The translations under genes and the position numbers were made by a program. Source: Nitrospirota bacterium (lineage in GTDB: Bacteria > Nitrospirota > Nitrospiria > Nitrospirales > Nitrospiraceae). Taken from it: a stretch of 64,000 nt of DNA. Below are positions 1 to 10,031 of the stretch, in pieces. The DNA lies in NCBI GenBank assembly GCA_963701855.1, contig CAVPBK010000005.1, positions 96,001-160,000 on the forward strand, given 5' to 3'. The notes below the pieces were generated by a model. The model made no database searches, was not told the DNA's origin, and was given only the letters and a program-made list of their open reading frames with translations. The first letter of the stretch is position 1; the number at the start of each line of letters is the position of its first letter.

Positions 1-252
1 ACTGCGGTTGATCACCGCCGATTGAAACCGCCCCGGTTTGGTTGGTTGCATCAACCCCATATAGGTCGCCACGATACAGGCCACTACGGTTACGAGCATC
101 AGGCTGCGACTGCGCACTGTGGCAACCAACAGAATCGGCACCACAAAACCGTACGCGCCAACAACATTCGCCGGGGCGGCCATTTCAAGCACGACGATCG
201 CCAGGAACACCGCCCCTGCGATCGCCAGCACAATGCGATTTTGTTTCAACAT
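1..252 (-). CDS. Membrane protein, N-terminal part only (runs off the window edge); possibly the sensor region of a signalling protein
   Basis: Not in the ORF track. ATG at 252 opens MLKQNRIVLAIAGAVFLAIVVLEMAAPANVVGAYGFVVPILLVATVRSRSLMLVTVVACIVATYMGL..., with about 3 hydrophobic segments and no stop before base 1. Confidence 0.65.
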   Translation of the reverse strand, partial: MLKQNRIVLAIAGAVFLAIVVLEMAAPANVVGAYGFVVPILLVATVRSRSLMLVTVVACIVATYMGLMQPTKPGRFQSAVINRS

Positions 253-334
253 GGGAGTGGGAGATACGTAAATTGCCGATGAACCATGGTCCAATCCCTA
301 GCAGGTTGAGAAAAACCGCATTGTGATATAGTTG

Positions 335-459
335 CCGGATGCTCAAAAAGGCCGTCCAGCAAGGCCGCAGGCGAGTCGAAACCGGAGGCGTACCCTCAGG
401 GGTACGTTGAGGATTTCGATGAGCCGAGAACGAAGCAGGCGGACTTTTTCAGCATCCGG
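335..459. repeat. ~125-bp structured intergenic repeat (MITE/REP-like), family 1
   Basis: Terminal inverted repeat CCGGATGCTCAAAAAG...CTTTTTCAGCATCCGG and an internal GCGTAC..GTACGT hairpin; related copy at 55185-55308. Confidence 0.8.
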
Positions 460-469
460 ACAGAGGGTC

Positions 470-2695
470 TTACCCTAGCGGACGGGTGGAACGCAAGGCA
501 GCCCCAAGCTGCCGCAGACGTTCATCACCCAACATCTCATCCACACGAACCGCATACTTCCTGGTCCAGTTCGGATGGGTATCGACCGTTCCGGGAAGAT
601 TGGTTTGCGAAAGTTCGTCCAAGCCGTCTTCGAGATTTGCCAGGACGAGACAGGACGGTGTGCGGGCCAGGTAGAGATGGATCGCTCGGCAGAGTTCAGT
701 CGTCATGGCGGGAGCGGTGGCTGGGTCCTCCGTTACGCCAGGTGGCAGAAGGTTTTCCCGTTGAAGCGCACAGAGGATGTGTGACTTGTCGCGCCGACGC
801 TCTTCCCAGGCGCGCCAGCGCGTTTCGTCATCTGGAAAGGCGCCCAATTCCGCCCGTACGAGTAGATCCTCGCCGGACCAAAATCCGGTGAGCGTCGGCA
901 AGTCGTGCGTCGTGGCTACAGCCAGGGATTGTGCGGGATAGTCGCCGGGCGGCTTCATGGCGCCGTCTGCGCCGCGCTCGAAGTAGAACACACGATACGA
1001 CAGTACTCTCGCCTTCGCCAACTGTTCTCTGACCCAATCGGGGACCGTGCCGAGGTCTTCTCCAATGACTAGGGTTTTGGATCGAACGCTTTCCAATGCC
1101 ACGATCGCCAACAAATCTTCAAAGGGGTACTGCACATAGGTGCCTTCGGATGCAGGCCTCCCGCGCGGGATCCAGAAGAGCCGGCAGAACGCCATCACAT
1201 GGTCCAATCGAATGGCTCCGCCGGATCGAAAGTTGTTGTGAAATAGCTGGATCATCAGCTCATAGCCACTGGCGCGTAGCGCGTGAGGATTGATCGGAGG
1301 TAAGCCCCAATTCTGTCCCGCTGGCGCAAATGCGTCAGGCGGGGCGCCGCAGTCGGCTCCGAACGCCAACACCGATTGATAGATCCAGGCTTCAGCCCCA
1401 TTCCGATCGGCGCCGAGAGCCAGGTCATGATAGAGCCCGATCGGCATTGGCAGATGCTCCGCTGTACGTCGGACCTCGTTCAGCTGTTCGCTCGCCACCC
1501 ACTGAAGGTATTGAAAGAAGCGAATGCGTGTCCGGTGGCGTTTCGCATACTCACGAACCGGTTGGCCAGGCGTCAACAATTGCTTGGGCCAATCGTGCCA
1601 AGAGACCGGCGAGGATTGAATCAGTCGGCGTTCTTCTTCCAACGTCTGGAAGGTGGCATACAACTCAAGCGGTGTGCCCTCAGCCTGGATAAACCGCTCC
1701 AAGAACAAGCCGCGAGCTGTGCGGGGTTGGAGATTTGGCTCCTCTCCGCTGTAGGCATCTATGAGGAATTGTTGGTAGGCCAGATCGAGCATGGTGCGCT
1801 TGACGGTTGCAATGGCACCGTAGTCTACCCGCCGACTTTCTCGCAACGCCTGAAGCTTGGTTTGAAACTCGGGAGCATGGAACTGTTGCTGCGCCTTCTC
1901 CGATCCATAAAACTCCGGCAGCCGCTCGAGATCGATATAGAGTTCATTGAGGTATAGTCGGCTGTCCGGCGCATAGGGACTAATGTGATAAGGTAGAGTA
2001 TTTCGCAGTGCGTGCAACGGATTGAGCCCGATGAATCCGGCGCCGAGCTCTTTCCCAGCCCACTCCACAATATGACCGAGATCGGTGAAATCGCCGCACC
2101 CCCAGTTACGGTCGGAGGACAACGAATAGAGTTGCAAGGCCAGTCCCCACAGCCGCTGGTTCCCCTCAAGCGACGGCGGAACATAGCACTGGCGTGGAGC
2201 CACAATGACACGCATCGTTCCCACGTTTCCCCCGACCAAGCCTTCGGCCCGCATCATCAATTTGTAGTACCCGAGCGAGAGACCATTCGGAGCCGGTATT
2301 TCGATACGCACATGCCGTTGACCTTTGAGAAAACGGACCTCCATGGCGGAAAGCCCAGGCCCTGCCTGTCCTTCTTGCACCATGGTGTTCGCTTCATCGA
2401 AGATCTGCCACGCCACTACGACGGACCCTTCTCTTCCGTCCTCGATCGCGAGATAACAGGAGACAGAAGGTCCCGTTTCATTGTCACGCAGGATCTGCAC
2501 TGCGCTGCAGGGGTGTTGCCACGGTGCCTCATCCCAATCTTGCAGCGCTTGTGTCAGCGATTCGGTCGAATCGACCGAAAAGCCCATGGCAGTCAGTATG
2601 GCGCGCCGGGTGTCATCGGAGGTGAGGTGAAAATTACCGGCTATATCGTAATAGTCAGTCGCGATACCGGCACGTTCGGCGAGTTTGGCAAGAAG
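470..2695 (-). CDS. malQ: 4-alpha-glucanotransferase (amylomaltase, GH77)
   Basis: WGLALQLYSL, GDFTDL, SPY, YHDLALG, GAPPDAF..GQNWGLP, RLDH, GEDLG, THDLPT and NLPGT motifs. The frame stays open and MalQ-like upstream of ATG 2587 (LLAKLAERAGIATDYYDIAG), so the start is uncertain. Confidence 0.93.
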   Translation of the reverse strand, partial: LLAKLAERAGIATDYYDIAGNFHLTSDDTRRAILTAMGFSVDSTESLTQALQDWDEAPWQHPCSAVQILRDNETGPSVSCYLAIEDGREGSVVVAWQIFDEANTMVQEGQAGPGLSAMEVRFLKGQRHVRIEIPAPNGLSLGYYKLMMRAEGLVGGNVGTMRVIVAPRQCYVPPSLEGNQRLWGLALQLYSLSSDRNWGCGDFTDLGHIVEWAGKELGAGFIGLNPLHALRNTLPYHISPYAPDSRLYLNELYIDLERLPEFYGSEKAQQQFHAPEFQTKLQALRESRRVDYGAIATVKRTMLDLAYQQFLIDAYSGEEPNLQPRTARGLFLERFIQAEGTPLELYATFQTLEEERRLIQSSPVSWHDWPKQLLTPGQPVREYAKRHRTRIRFFQYLQWVASEQLNEVRRTAEHLPMPIGLYHDLALGADRNGAEAWIYQSVLAFGADCGAPPDAFAPAGQNWGLPPINPHALRASGYELMIQLFHNNFRSGGAIRLDHVMAFCRLFWIPRGRPASEGTYVQYPFEDLLAIVALESVRSKTLVIGEDLGTVPDWVREQLAKARVLSYRVFYFERGADGAMKPPGDYPAQSLAVATTHDLPTLTGFWSGEDLLVRAELGAFPDDETRWRAWEERRRDKSHILCALQRENLLPPGVTEDPATAPAMTTELCRAIHLYLARTPSCLVLANLEDGLDELSQTNLPGTVDTHPNWTRKYAVRVDEMLGDERLRQLGAALRSTRPLG

Positions 2696-2961
2696 GGTCC
2701 GTCTGGTCTTGCATGTAGGGGAGTCTGCGTGAAGACCTCAGGCATGTCAAGCTATCTCATTGTTCTTGAAAGCAAATTTGTGCAATTGTGTCTCCTGTCT
2801 GGCGGACTCAATTACGTTCGACTCGGTACCATTTCTCACGTTCCGTCCGCAGGAGTTCATTCTGTCGTGGTAACGGAAGTGACTCCGGAAATTTGAATAA
2901 ACCGATATGTGATGGATCTGCTGCTCTTGATAGTTTTCCTGATCGATGAAAGTGCGCAGAA

Positions 2962-3033
2962 GATGGCAAAGAGAACGAGACGAACTCACTCGGCGGTGTT
3001 TAAAGCCAATGTGGCGTTGGTTGTGATGGCTGG
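2962..3033 (+). mobile_element. IS3-family transposase OrfA N-terminal remnant
   Basis: MAKRTRRTHSAVFKANVAL resembles the IS3 OrfA start (RR.HS..FKAKVAL); similarity is lost after about 24 codons. Confidence 0.6.
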
Positions 3034-3150
3034 GATTATGTTGCATCCGAAGCGCTGGCTGGTGGCTCGATTCGTGGATTGTCCTCCCAGGGCATAGCGC
3101 ATACCCGAGACGTGATCGCCTCATAACGCCATCTCGTCGCTTCGGTGAGT
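3034..3150 (-). mobile_element. IS630-family transposase remnant
   Basis: Minus strand reads HRSDEMAL*GDHVSGMRYALGGQSTNRATSQRFGCNII, similar to the IS630 DDE segment WGDEMGLRSDH..GRSY..RGQTP....GQRFGCNMI; contains an in-frame stop. Confidence 0.55.
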
Positions 3151-3481
3151 CTGGAGGTCGTGCTACACCGTCACGAGCGACACCTAGACGTTTCAAGAAA
3201 GTTCGGCGAGTCCACGACCGAGAATCTGGGTGCTTCGAGAAGCCACTCTGGAAGAAGGTTGCTATAGCCTGTCAGAATAATGAGGCTTGCATTAAAGACA
3301 CCGAAGAGCAGTCAACTCCGTCCATTGGTTTTATCGAGCCACAGTATAAAAGTTATTGAGGTTTATTGACTCCCCCCATTTCATTTTGTTAGCCTCAAAC
3401 CCCACCGCCGCGTGACTGTCGATAGAAAAGACGAGAAAAGTCAGGCAGTATCCTTGGCATTCAATCCCGAAAGGAGTTCCA

Positions 3482-5347
3482 ATGGCTAGCTCAACCGCCT
3501 CGCCCGAATTGCTTACTGAACTGCAGAATAAGGCGACACAGCTTCGGATCGAGAGCGTTCGCGCGACGAGTGAAGCCGGAAGCGGGCACCCCTCTAGCTG
3601 CTGCTCTGCTGCGGACATTGTCGCGGCCCTTTTCTTCTCAGTCATGCGATACGATCCCACAAATCCGAAGGCGTACAATAGCGATCGGTTCGTGCTGTCA
3701 AAAGGCCATGCTGCCCCCTTGCTCTATGCCGCTTGGGCTGAAGCTGGTCTCTTTCCCAAGAGTGAACTGCTCAAACTCCGAACGCTGACGTCCGATCTCG
3801 AAGGCCACCCGACGCCTCGCTTATCATTTGTCGATATGGCAACGGGTTCGTTGGGGCAAGGACTTCCGGTTGGTATTGGAATCGCCCTCAATGCAAAATT
3901 CATCGACAAACTGGATCACCGTACCTACGTCTTGATGGGCGACGGAGAGTCCGTCGAGGGATCCGTATGGGAAGCGGCCGAAGTCGCGCGCCATCACGAA
4001 CTGGATAATCTCTGCGCCATTGTGGATGTCAATCGACTCGGTCAAAGCGATCCCACCATGCTGCAACACGACATGGAGGGCTATCGTTCCCGATGGGCTG
4101 GCTTTGGCTGGCAAGCGCTGGTGGTTGACGGGCACGACCTTTCAGCTTTGCTCGCAGCCTTTGATGCCGCCGCATGCACCAAAGGCAAACCGACGGTGCT
4201 TCTCGCCAAAACATTTAAGGGCAAGGGCATTTCCTTCATGGAGAACCATCCTAGCTGGCATGGGAAGCCGGTCGCCAAAGGTGAGGAAACTCAGAAGGCG
4301 ATCGATGAGTTGACCAATCAGTTGAAGCCGAGCAGGACCGCCATAGCATTGAAGAAGCCAGCGGCGCCGGTTCAAGGGCCGTCGTCAATCAGCCCTCTCC
4401 CACCTTCGCCCTACAAAGTAGGCGACGCTGCCGCTACGCGTGAAGCGTTCGGCAATGCATTTGAAGCACTGGGCGCGGTCAATTCACTAGTCGTGGGACT
4501 GGATGCCGATGTAAAGAATTCGACCTATACCGATAAATTCGGCAAGAAGTTTCCCAATCGATTCTTTGAAAATTTCATCGCGGAGCAAAACATGCTCGGG
4601 GCTGCAGCCGGTTTAGCCGCCTGCGGGAAAATTCCGTTTGTCGCCACGTTTGCGGCATTTTATACGCGAGCCTACGACTTCATTCGCATGGCTGCCATCA
4701 GCGGCTCGAACATCAAACTCGTCGGCACACACGTCGGCGTGAGCATCGGAGAAGACGGTCCCTCGCAAATGGGATTGGAAGATATTGCGATGATGGCTGC
4801 ACAACCGGGCGTGACCGTGTTGTATCCGTCCGATGCGACCTGTATGTATCGGCTCGTTGAAAAGGCTGCTACGCACAAAGGGATGGTCTACATTCGGGCT
4901 GGTCGCCCAAAATCTCCGGTCCTATACGGACCAGATGAAGCCTTCCAGATCGGCGGATCGAAGGTCATTCGCCAAAGCGCGTCAGATGTCCTTACGATTG
5001 TTGCGGCCGGCGTCACGCTCTTCGAGGCCTTGAAGGCGTACGACACATTGAAAGGCGCGGGCCTCTCCGTGCGGATCGTCGATCTTTATAGTATTGTTCC
5101 CATTGATCGCATCACATTGCTGGACAGTGCCAGAGCCACTCAGGGGCGCATCCTCACCGTTGAGGATCATTATGCGCACGGCGGTCTCGGAGATGCAGTG
5201 CTCAGCGCGGTCGGACCAGAAGGCATTAAAGTGCATAAGCTTGCCGTTCGCACGATCCCACACAGCGGAAAACCGGACGAGCTTGTCGATCACTTTGGCA
5301 TCGGAGCACGATCGATTGTGGAAGCAGCTAAACAAATCACAAAGTAA
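3482..5347 (+). CDS. tkt: Transketolase
   Basis: SGHP, DRFVLSKGHA, LEGHP, TGSLGQG, ThDP motif GDGE..EG...N, IAEQNM, GEDGPSQ; RBS AAGGAG. Confidence 0.96.
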   Translation: MASSTASPELLTELQNKATQLRIESVRATSEAGSGHPSSCCSAADIVAALFFSVMRYDPTNPKAYNSDRFVLSKGHAAPLLYAAWAEAGLFPKSELLKLRTLTSDLEGHPTPRLSFVDMATGSLGQGLPVGIGIALNAKFIDKLDHRTYVLMGDGESVEGSVWEAAEVARHHELDNLCAIVDVNRLGQSDPTMLQHDMEGYRSRWAGFGWQALVVDGHDLSALLAAFDAAACTKGKPTVLLAKTFKGKGISFMENHPSWHGKPVAKGEETQKAIDELTNQLKPSRTAIALKKPAAPVQGPSSISPLPPSPYKVGDAAATREAFGNAFEALGAVNSLVVGLDADVKNSTYTDKFGKKFPNRFFENFIAEQNMLGAAAGLAACGKIPFVATFAAFYTRAYDFIRMAAISGSNIKLVGTHVGVSIGEDGPSQMGLEDIAMMAAQPGVTVLYPSDATCMYRLVEKAATHKGMVYIRAGRPKSPVLYGPDEAFQIGGSKVIRQSASDVLTIVAAGVTLFEALKAYDTLKGAGLSVRIVDLYSIVPIDRITLLDSARATQGRILTVEDHYAHGGLGDAVLSAVGPEGIKVHKLAVRTIPHSGKPDELVDHFGIGARSIVEAAKQITK

Positions 5348-5539
5348 GCCCGCCCGCGCCAGCCTTCCTCATGAGTTGGTGCGGTATTTCTTTTCTGAAC
5401 ATTCTGAGAGGACCGGTGCGCCAACGTCTGCTTCAGGAACTGACAGAAGCCCGCTATGGCAGTGACTGTTCGTGGAGAAACATCAGTCCGGCGATGATTT
5501 CGCATGGCGTGCGAAACTGGTTGGATTTCAATTGCCCAC

Positions 5540-6004
5540 TCATGGTGCGTTTATTCCAGTATGGGGGGCCAGGTCTGCCGTGATGCAGGACTGCATAATT
5601 TCAGCGCGGCATTGCCATGACGTGGCCGCCGTATTGAGATGGTGAACCAGTTCTTCCGGCACGATTATGCCAACGGTGATATCCACCAAGACGTGATCGG
5701 GTATGCGATGAAAATGCGCGGCGTTCACACCCTGAAGGGTGAGCAACGCCCTGCTTAGCTCGTTCTCATGGGTGTAGCAGCCAGGTCCTATCAGCACGAC
5801 GGGAACTCTCTCCATGGCAGCGTGGCTGGCTGCGGCTGGCTGAAATACGGCAAGACCCACGGTGAGCGCCATCGCAAGCATCAGACGGTTGTGTCTAAGC
5901 GTGGCCTTGCCGTCTGCATGAGGCTGTGGGCAGGTTGCGGCTACGCTCTTCGCGAAGGGCGTCTGCGTCCGGTTTGCGTATCCGCGATGAGCTGTTCGCG
6001 TCAT
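5540..6004 (-). CDS. Exported protein with a heavy-metal-associated (HMA)-like domain
   Basis: Signal-like hydrophobic stretch ending ASHA, then GPGCYTHE...L..LQGV pattern and a C-terminal C-x6-C. Start uncertain (track gives 6157). Confidence 0.5.
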   Translation of the reverse strand: MTRTAHRGYANRTQTPFAKSVAATCPQPHADGKATLRHNRLMLAMALTVGLAVFQPAAASHAAMERVPVVLIGPGCYTHENELSRALLTLQGVNAAHFHRIPDHVLVDITVGIIVPEELVHHLNTAATSWQCRAEIMQSCITADLAPHTGINAP

Positions 6005-6196
6005 CGGAATACCTGTCTGCAGGGAGGCGATCTGAAGCCCTTGGGTAGGTTCATCGATTTGTCTTAAGATCTCATGGTAGACGGTGATGCGAGTTGTCGG
6101 ACCATGCGAATCTCCGGTTCGGCTGGGTTGCAGTGTTCCTCTCTTGAACGCGTTCACGGGCAGGCGGCGAGGATCTCACCGCCTGCCCGTCGCCCT

Positions 6197-6643
6197 TTAC
6201 GGTACTTCGACGATGTCCTTCTTCATAGGACCCAGCACAGCAAGGAGTTCGTTCTTTTCCCTGGCTGGCACGTTGAACGTATCCAATGCCTTGACGAGGT
6301 CTTCAACCAGGGCATTGAAGGCAGCCGTCGTGATTTTCATGCCGGCATGCGTTGTTTTCATGTCTTTCCCATCATAGGTGCAGGGGCCTCCGCTGGCTTG
6401 GCAGACCTGGTCGACCAGCTGCTTCTTCAGGTGCGGCAGATCGGCATGGGCAAAATACCCGTTGATGCGGGTGTCTTGGCCCACGATGCTGACGAACTTG
6501 CCGACGACGGCCGTGATAGGGCCGGTTCCGCCGAGCCGTTCATATAGTGAGGGCAACGGAGCATCGGCTGCCCACACCGGCGATGAGATCAACAGCAAGG
6601 AGACGGTCAGCATAGTCTTGATGGCGCAAGAAAGTTGTTTCAT
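6197..6643 (-). CDS. Group 1 truncated haemoglobin with N-terminal signal peptide
   Basis: SLYERLGG, SGGPCTYDGKDMKTTH (proximal His) and F.ALV..L motifs; signal MKQLS...VWA; RBS AAGGAG before ATG 6643. Confidence 0.9.
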   Translation of the reverse strand: MKQLSCAIKTMLTVSLLLISSPVWAADAPLPSLYERLGGTGPITAVVGKFVSIVGQDTRINGYFAHADLPHLKKQLVDQVCQASGGPCTYDGKDMKTTHAGMKITTAAFNALVEDLVKALDTFNVPAREKNELLAVLGPMKKDIVEVP

Positions 6644-6715
6644 GAAAGGCGCTCCTTTTTGAGAGGTAATTGAGGGCTTCCTTCGAGTGCACAGCTCTAT
6701 CATATTTCAGGTCGT

Positions 6716-7663
6716 TTAGGGCTTCCAGGGCGTCAGTGGCATCAGCGGAGCATCCTTGGCTACCGGTGTAATCGTCAGCGCGGCAATGGCTCCACGAAGG
6801 GCTCCAGTGAGCGAATGCGTCACAATCGGATAGACCCCGGGTGATTCGGAGACCAAGTCGAATGTGGCGGCGCTTCCGGGTCCTACGACATAGGTTTGTA
6901 CCCCTGTGAGTTTGTTGGCAGGGTTCCCGCTCTCGTAGACGTTGTCCCAAATCTCGCCGATCGGGTGGAGCGAGGAAAACTCGTTGGGGCCCGCGTTCAC
7001 AAAATAGATCCGGACCCGCTCATTCGGTTTCGCCTCTAGCGCTTCCGCGCCGATGAAGAAGGGATGATACTTGAAGATCCCTCCGTTGAAGACCGTATAG
7101 TCGAACTTCCGAGCGAACATGGCCTCGACATCGTCGGGGTTCTTCCAGAGCTCAGATTGGACCAACAAAAACTCCCGGTCCGCTTTCGGCCAGACCTTCG
7201 GATCCTTGGGATCGACGATAATCGCGCCGAACATGCCGCGCGCGACGTGCTGAATCATGGGTGCTGCGCCGCAATGATAGAAAAACACGCCGGGCTTCTT
7301 CGCCACAAAGGTGAAGGAAATGGTTTCTCCCGGATTGATGGCCCGGTAGTTCTTCAGGAAATCGATTTCCGCCGCATGGAAGTCCATGGCGTGTGGAAAA
7401 ACATTGGTCTTGGGATTCTCCAGCGTGAAGTTGACAGTGTCACCTTCCGTGACCCGCACGGCCGGCCCCGGCATCTGGCCGTTGAACGTCCAGGCCTTAT
7501 ATTTCGTTCCCGTTCCTTCAATCACGATTTCCGTTTCGAGCGCCGTCATCTTGACGTCATGGGTCTTCGCGGATGCCTCGGAGGGCAATCCCATCAATCC
7601 GGCAATCGCAAGGGCCGTGGCCCCTGCGATGGCCATGAGTTGAGGTGATCGTCTTTTCATCAT
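6716..7663 (-). CDS. nirK: Copper-containing nitrite reductase, Nitrospira type, all ligands intact
   Basis: HAMDFH, YHC-x7-H-x4-M, SSLHPIGE and VTHSL give the full T1/T2 Cu set plus catalytic Asp and His; signal peptide; GAGGAG RBS. Confidence 0.92.
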   Translation of the reverse strand: MMKRRSPQLMAIAGATALAIAGLMGLPSEASAKTHDVKMTALETEIVIEGTGTKYKAWTFNGQMPGPAVRVTEGDTVNFTLENPKTNVFPHAMDFHAAEIDFLKNYRAINPGETISFTFVAKKPGVFFYHCGAAPMIQHVARGMFGAIIVDPKDPKVWPKADREFLLVQSELWKNPDDVEAMFARKFDYTVFNGGIFKYHPFFIGAEALEAKPNERVRIYFVNAGPNEFSSLHPIGEIWDNVYESGNPANKLTGVQTYVVGPGSAATFDLVSESPGVYPIVTHSLTGALRGAIAALTITPVAKDAPLMPLTPWKP

Positions 7664-7891
7664 GGTTGGACTCCTCTCTGAAATGGTTGGGCGAACTTCT
7701 CCGGGCAAATGTGCAACTGGTCTTTTCTTATGTGAAGGGTCTCACTGGCACTTCGTCTGTATGTGAGGAAAAGAATAACAGAGCAAAATTGTCTAGTGTA
7801 TATCGTAGCGTTCGGTTAAGAATCAAGCCCTTTGTTAGTCCCAAATGAGCCTGTGACCCAAAACCCGAAAAGTAGGCCAGGGGGAGCTTGA

Positions 7892-9047
7892 GGAAATGCC
7901 CCGCGACGTGGTCTTCTTAACTCAGAAGGAGGACCCGACGAGGGCACGACGACGAGGGTATATCGAAGAGCAGCTCCTGGCGGCCGTGCGACACGCGGAG
8001 GGCGGGACGACCGTAGTCGAGGGCTGTCGAGAGGTGGGGATCAGTGAGCAGACGTTCTCCCGCTGGAAACGAACGTACGTAGGGCTGGGGCTGAGCGAAC
8101 TCCGCGAGCTCCGGCAACGCCGAGAAGAGACCACGAAACTGAAGCGGCTGGCGGCCGATCTCTCACTTGATCGGCATAGGTTGCAGGAGATGGTGCGAAA
8201 AGAGCGGTACGGCCTCGGGACCGGCTGGCGCTGGCCCGCTGGGCGCACACGACCTACCAGGTCAGTGAGCGCCGACTCACGGTCGTGTTGCGGCGGGAGG
8301 GGGGCACGTGAATGCGAAACGGATCTATCGGCTGTATACGGACGAAGGGCTGACGGTGCGGACGAAACACCGCACGAAGGCCGCAGGCCGAGCCCGTGTG
8401 CCGCAGGCCCGAGCCACGGCGCCGAACGAGCGGTGGAGCATGGGTTTTATGAGCGAGCGTGTGGCGAATGGCCGCTGGGTTCGGATTCTGACCGTCGTGG
8501 ACCAGTTTACACGGGAGTGTCTGTGCTTGGTGGCGGATCAGTCGCTCACCGGAGAGACGGTGGCGGAGGCGGTAGAGCCGGTGGTGATGCACCGGGGCGC
8601 ACCGCGTGCGCTCACCGTGGACAACGGCAGCGAATTTTCCAGCCGCGTCATGGATGCCTGGGCCTACCGGCATGGGATCCCGCTGGATTTTATTCGACCG
8701 GGGAAGCCGGTGGCGAATGGCTTCATCGAGAGTGTCAATGGGCGGCTCCGTGATGAGGGTCTGAATGTGGACGTGTTCTTCACGCTGGACGAGGTGCAGG
8801 AGAAATTGGCGCGATGGCGGACGGACGATAACCTCCTACGCCCGCACAGTGCGTTTCAGGATCAGGCGCCAGTCTCTTTTGCGGCGAAGTGGTTCGCCGC
8901 CCGGCCGACGGCTCCGGCCTCTTCCGAATTGCTGGAGCCACTCACGTGAGCGATGCGAGCGTTGTAACGCTGCATGGGCGGCTCACACCGATCACGCGCA
9001 GGCCAATTCCTCAGGGCTCGATCGGTCTACATTCGCGGGGCGGGTCA
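7892..9047 (+). mobile_element. IS3-family element, degenerate (OrfA ~7960-8210, OrfB ~8308-8949)
   Basis: OrfA CREVGISEQTF.RWK..Y.G...LRELRQ; OrfB RWSMGF (first catalytic Asp replaced by Gly), TVDNGSEF, PGKP..NGFIES.NGRLRDE. Imperfect IRs share GCCCCGCGA; right end ...GCGGGGCGGGTCA. Confidence 0.88.
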
Positions 9048-9736
9048 GAAAGCCACAACATCGATTTTCATGCGGTCACTGGACCGGGTGGTGGAGCAGC
9101 AAGCCTCAATACCGACCAGGGGAGGAAAGTGAGTTACGATTTAAGGCCCTCAATGCTGGCCTCCATTTCTATCACTGTGCCACCGCATCGCCATCCATTC
9201 CTGAACACATTGCGAATGGAATGTATGGCGGGATCTTAGTTGAGCCGGTTGGCGGGCTTCCCAAGGTAGACAAAGGGTTTTATGTCGTGCAGAGCGAGTT
9301 TTACACCAAGCCTGGCAAGAAGGGCGAGACCTTGGAATTTTCGTTCGAAAATGGGTTAACGGAGCACCCGTTACATGTGGTGTTTAACGGCATGGCGGGT
9401 TCGCTTATCAAGAATCTTCTGATGGCCAAGGTGGGCGACACCATTCGAATGTATTATATCAACGCAGGACCCAATCTGACCGAAAATTGGCACGTCATCG
9501 GCGAGATATTTGACAGGGCGTACCCCAAGGGTTCCTTGATTATGCCTCCATTGCAGAACGTCCAAACCACTGTCGTGCCGGCTGGTGGCTCTTCCATGGC
9601 AGAGTTTAAGATCGAGGTGCCTGGAACCTATATCAATGTGGACCACGCAATCTTCCGCATCGCAAAAGGCGCCGTTGGCCTGATAAAGGTGGAAGGTGCG
9701 GAGTAATCGGACATCTACAAGAACCTCCTGAAGTAA
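9048..9736 (+). pseudogene. nirK: Truncated AniA/NirK-type copper nitrite reductase
   Basis: Begins at the IS right end with ESHNIDFHA; frameshift near 9120; then YHCATASPSIPEHIANGM, WHVIGE, VDHAIFR; probable premature TAA at 9704; 5' third missing. Confidence 0.88.
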
Positions 9737-9746
9737 TCGGAGGAGA

Positions 9747-9781
9747 TTACACCGCTGTGACCTCAAAACACAGCGGTGTAA
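9747..9781. terminator. 13-bp perfect hairpin after the nirK pseudogene
   Basis: TTACACCGCTGTG-9 nt-CACAGCGGTGTAA. Confidence 0.55.
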
Positions 9782-10031
9782 ATCTGTAGCGGTCAGGCAT
9801 CATGGTTTGATGAATGTGACGCAGTAACCTAGTCTAGGGGAGGGAGAGGCATTGCTTCTCCCTCTTTTTATTCGAAAGGGTGAGTTAATGGGGTGATCGC
9901 AGAGCATCTGGTTCACAGCATATCGACGTCACGAAGTTCCCGGTAAGATCGCTGTCAGCCCATCTCCAGTTGCGTGTGGATCATCTTGCGTGTGGGTCAT
10001 CGTCCGTTCTGCAAGACTCAACTGCATGTAG

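Noticed and set aside
8765..9706. 313-aa ORF that looks like a full-length multicopper protein
   Set aside because: It is a chimeric reading frame: the first ~115 codons are an off-frame read through the IS3 end and the pre-frameshift part of the nirK pseudogene
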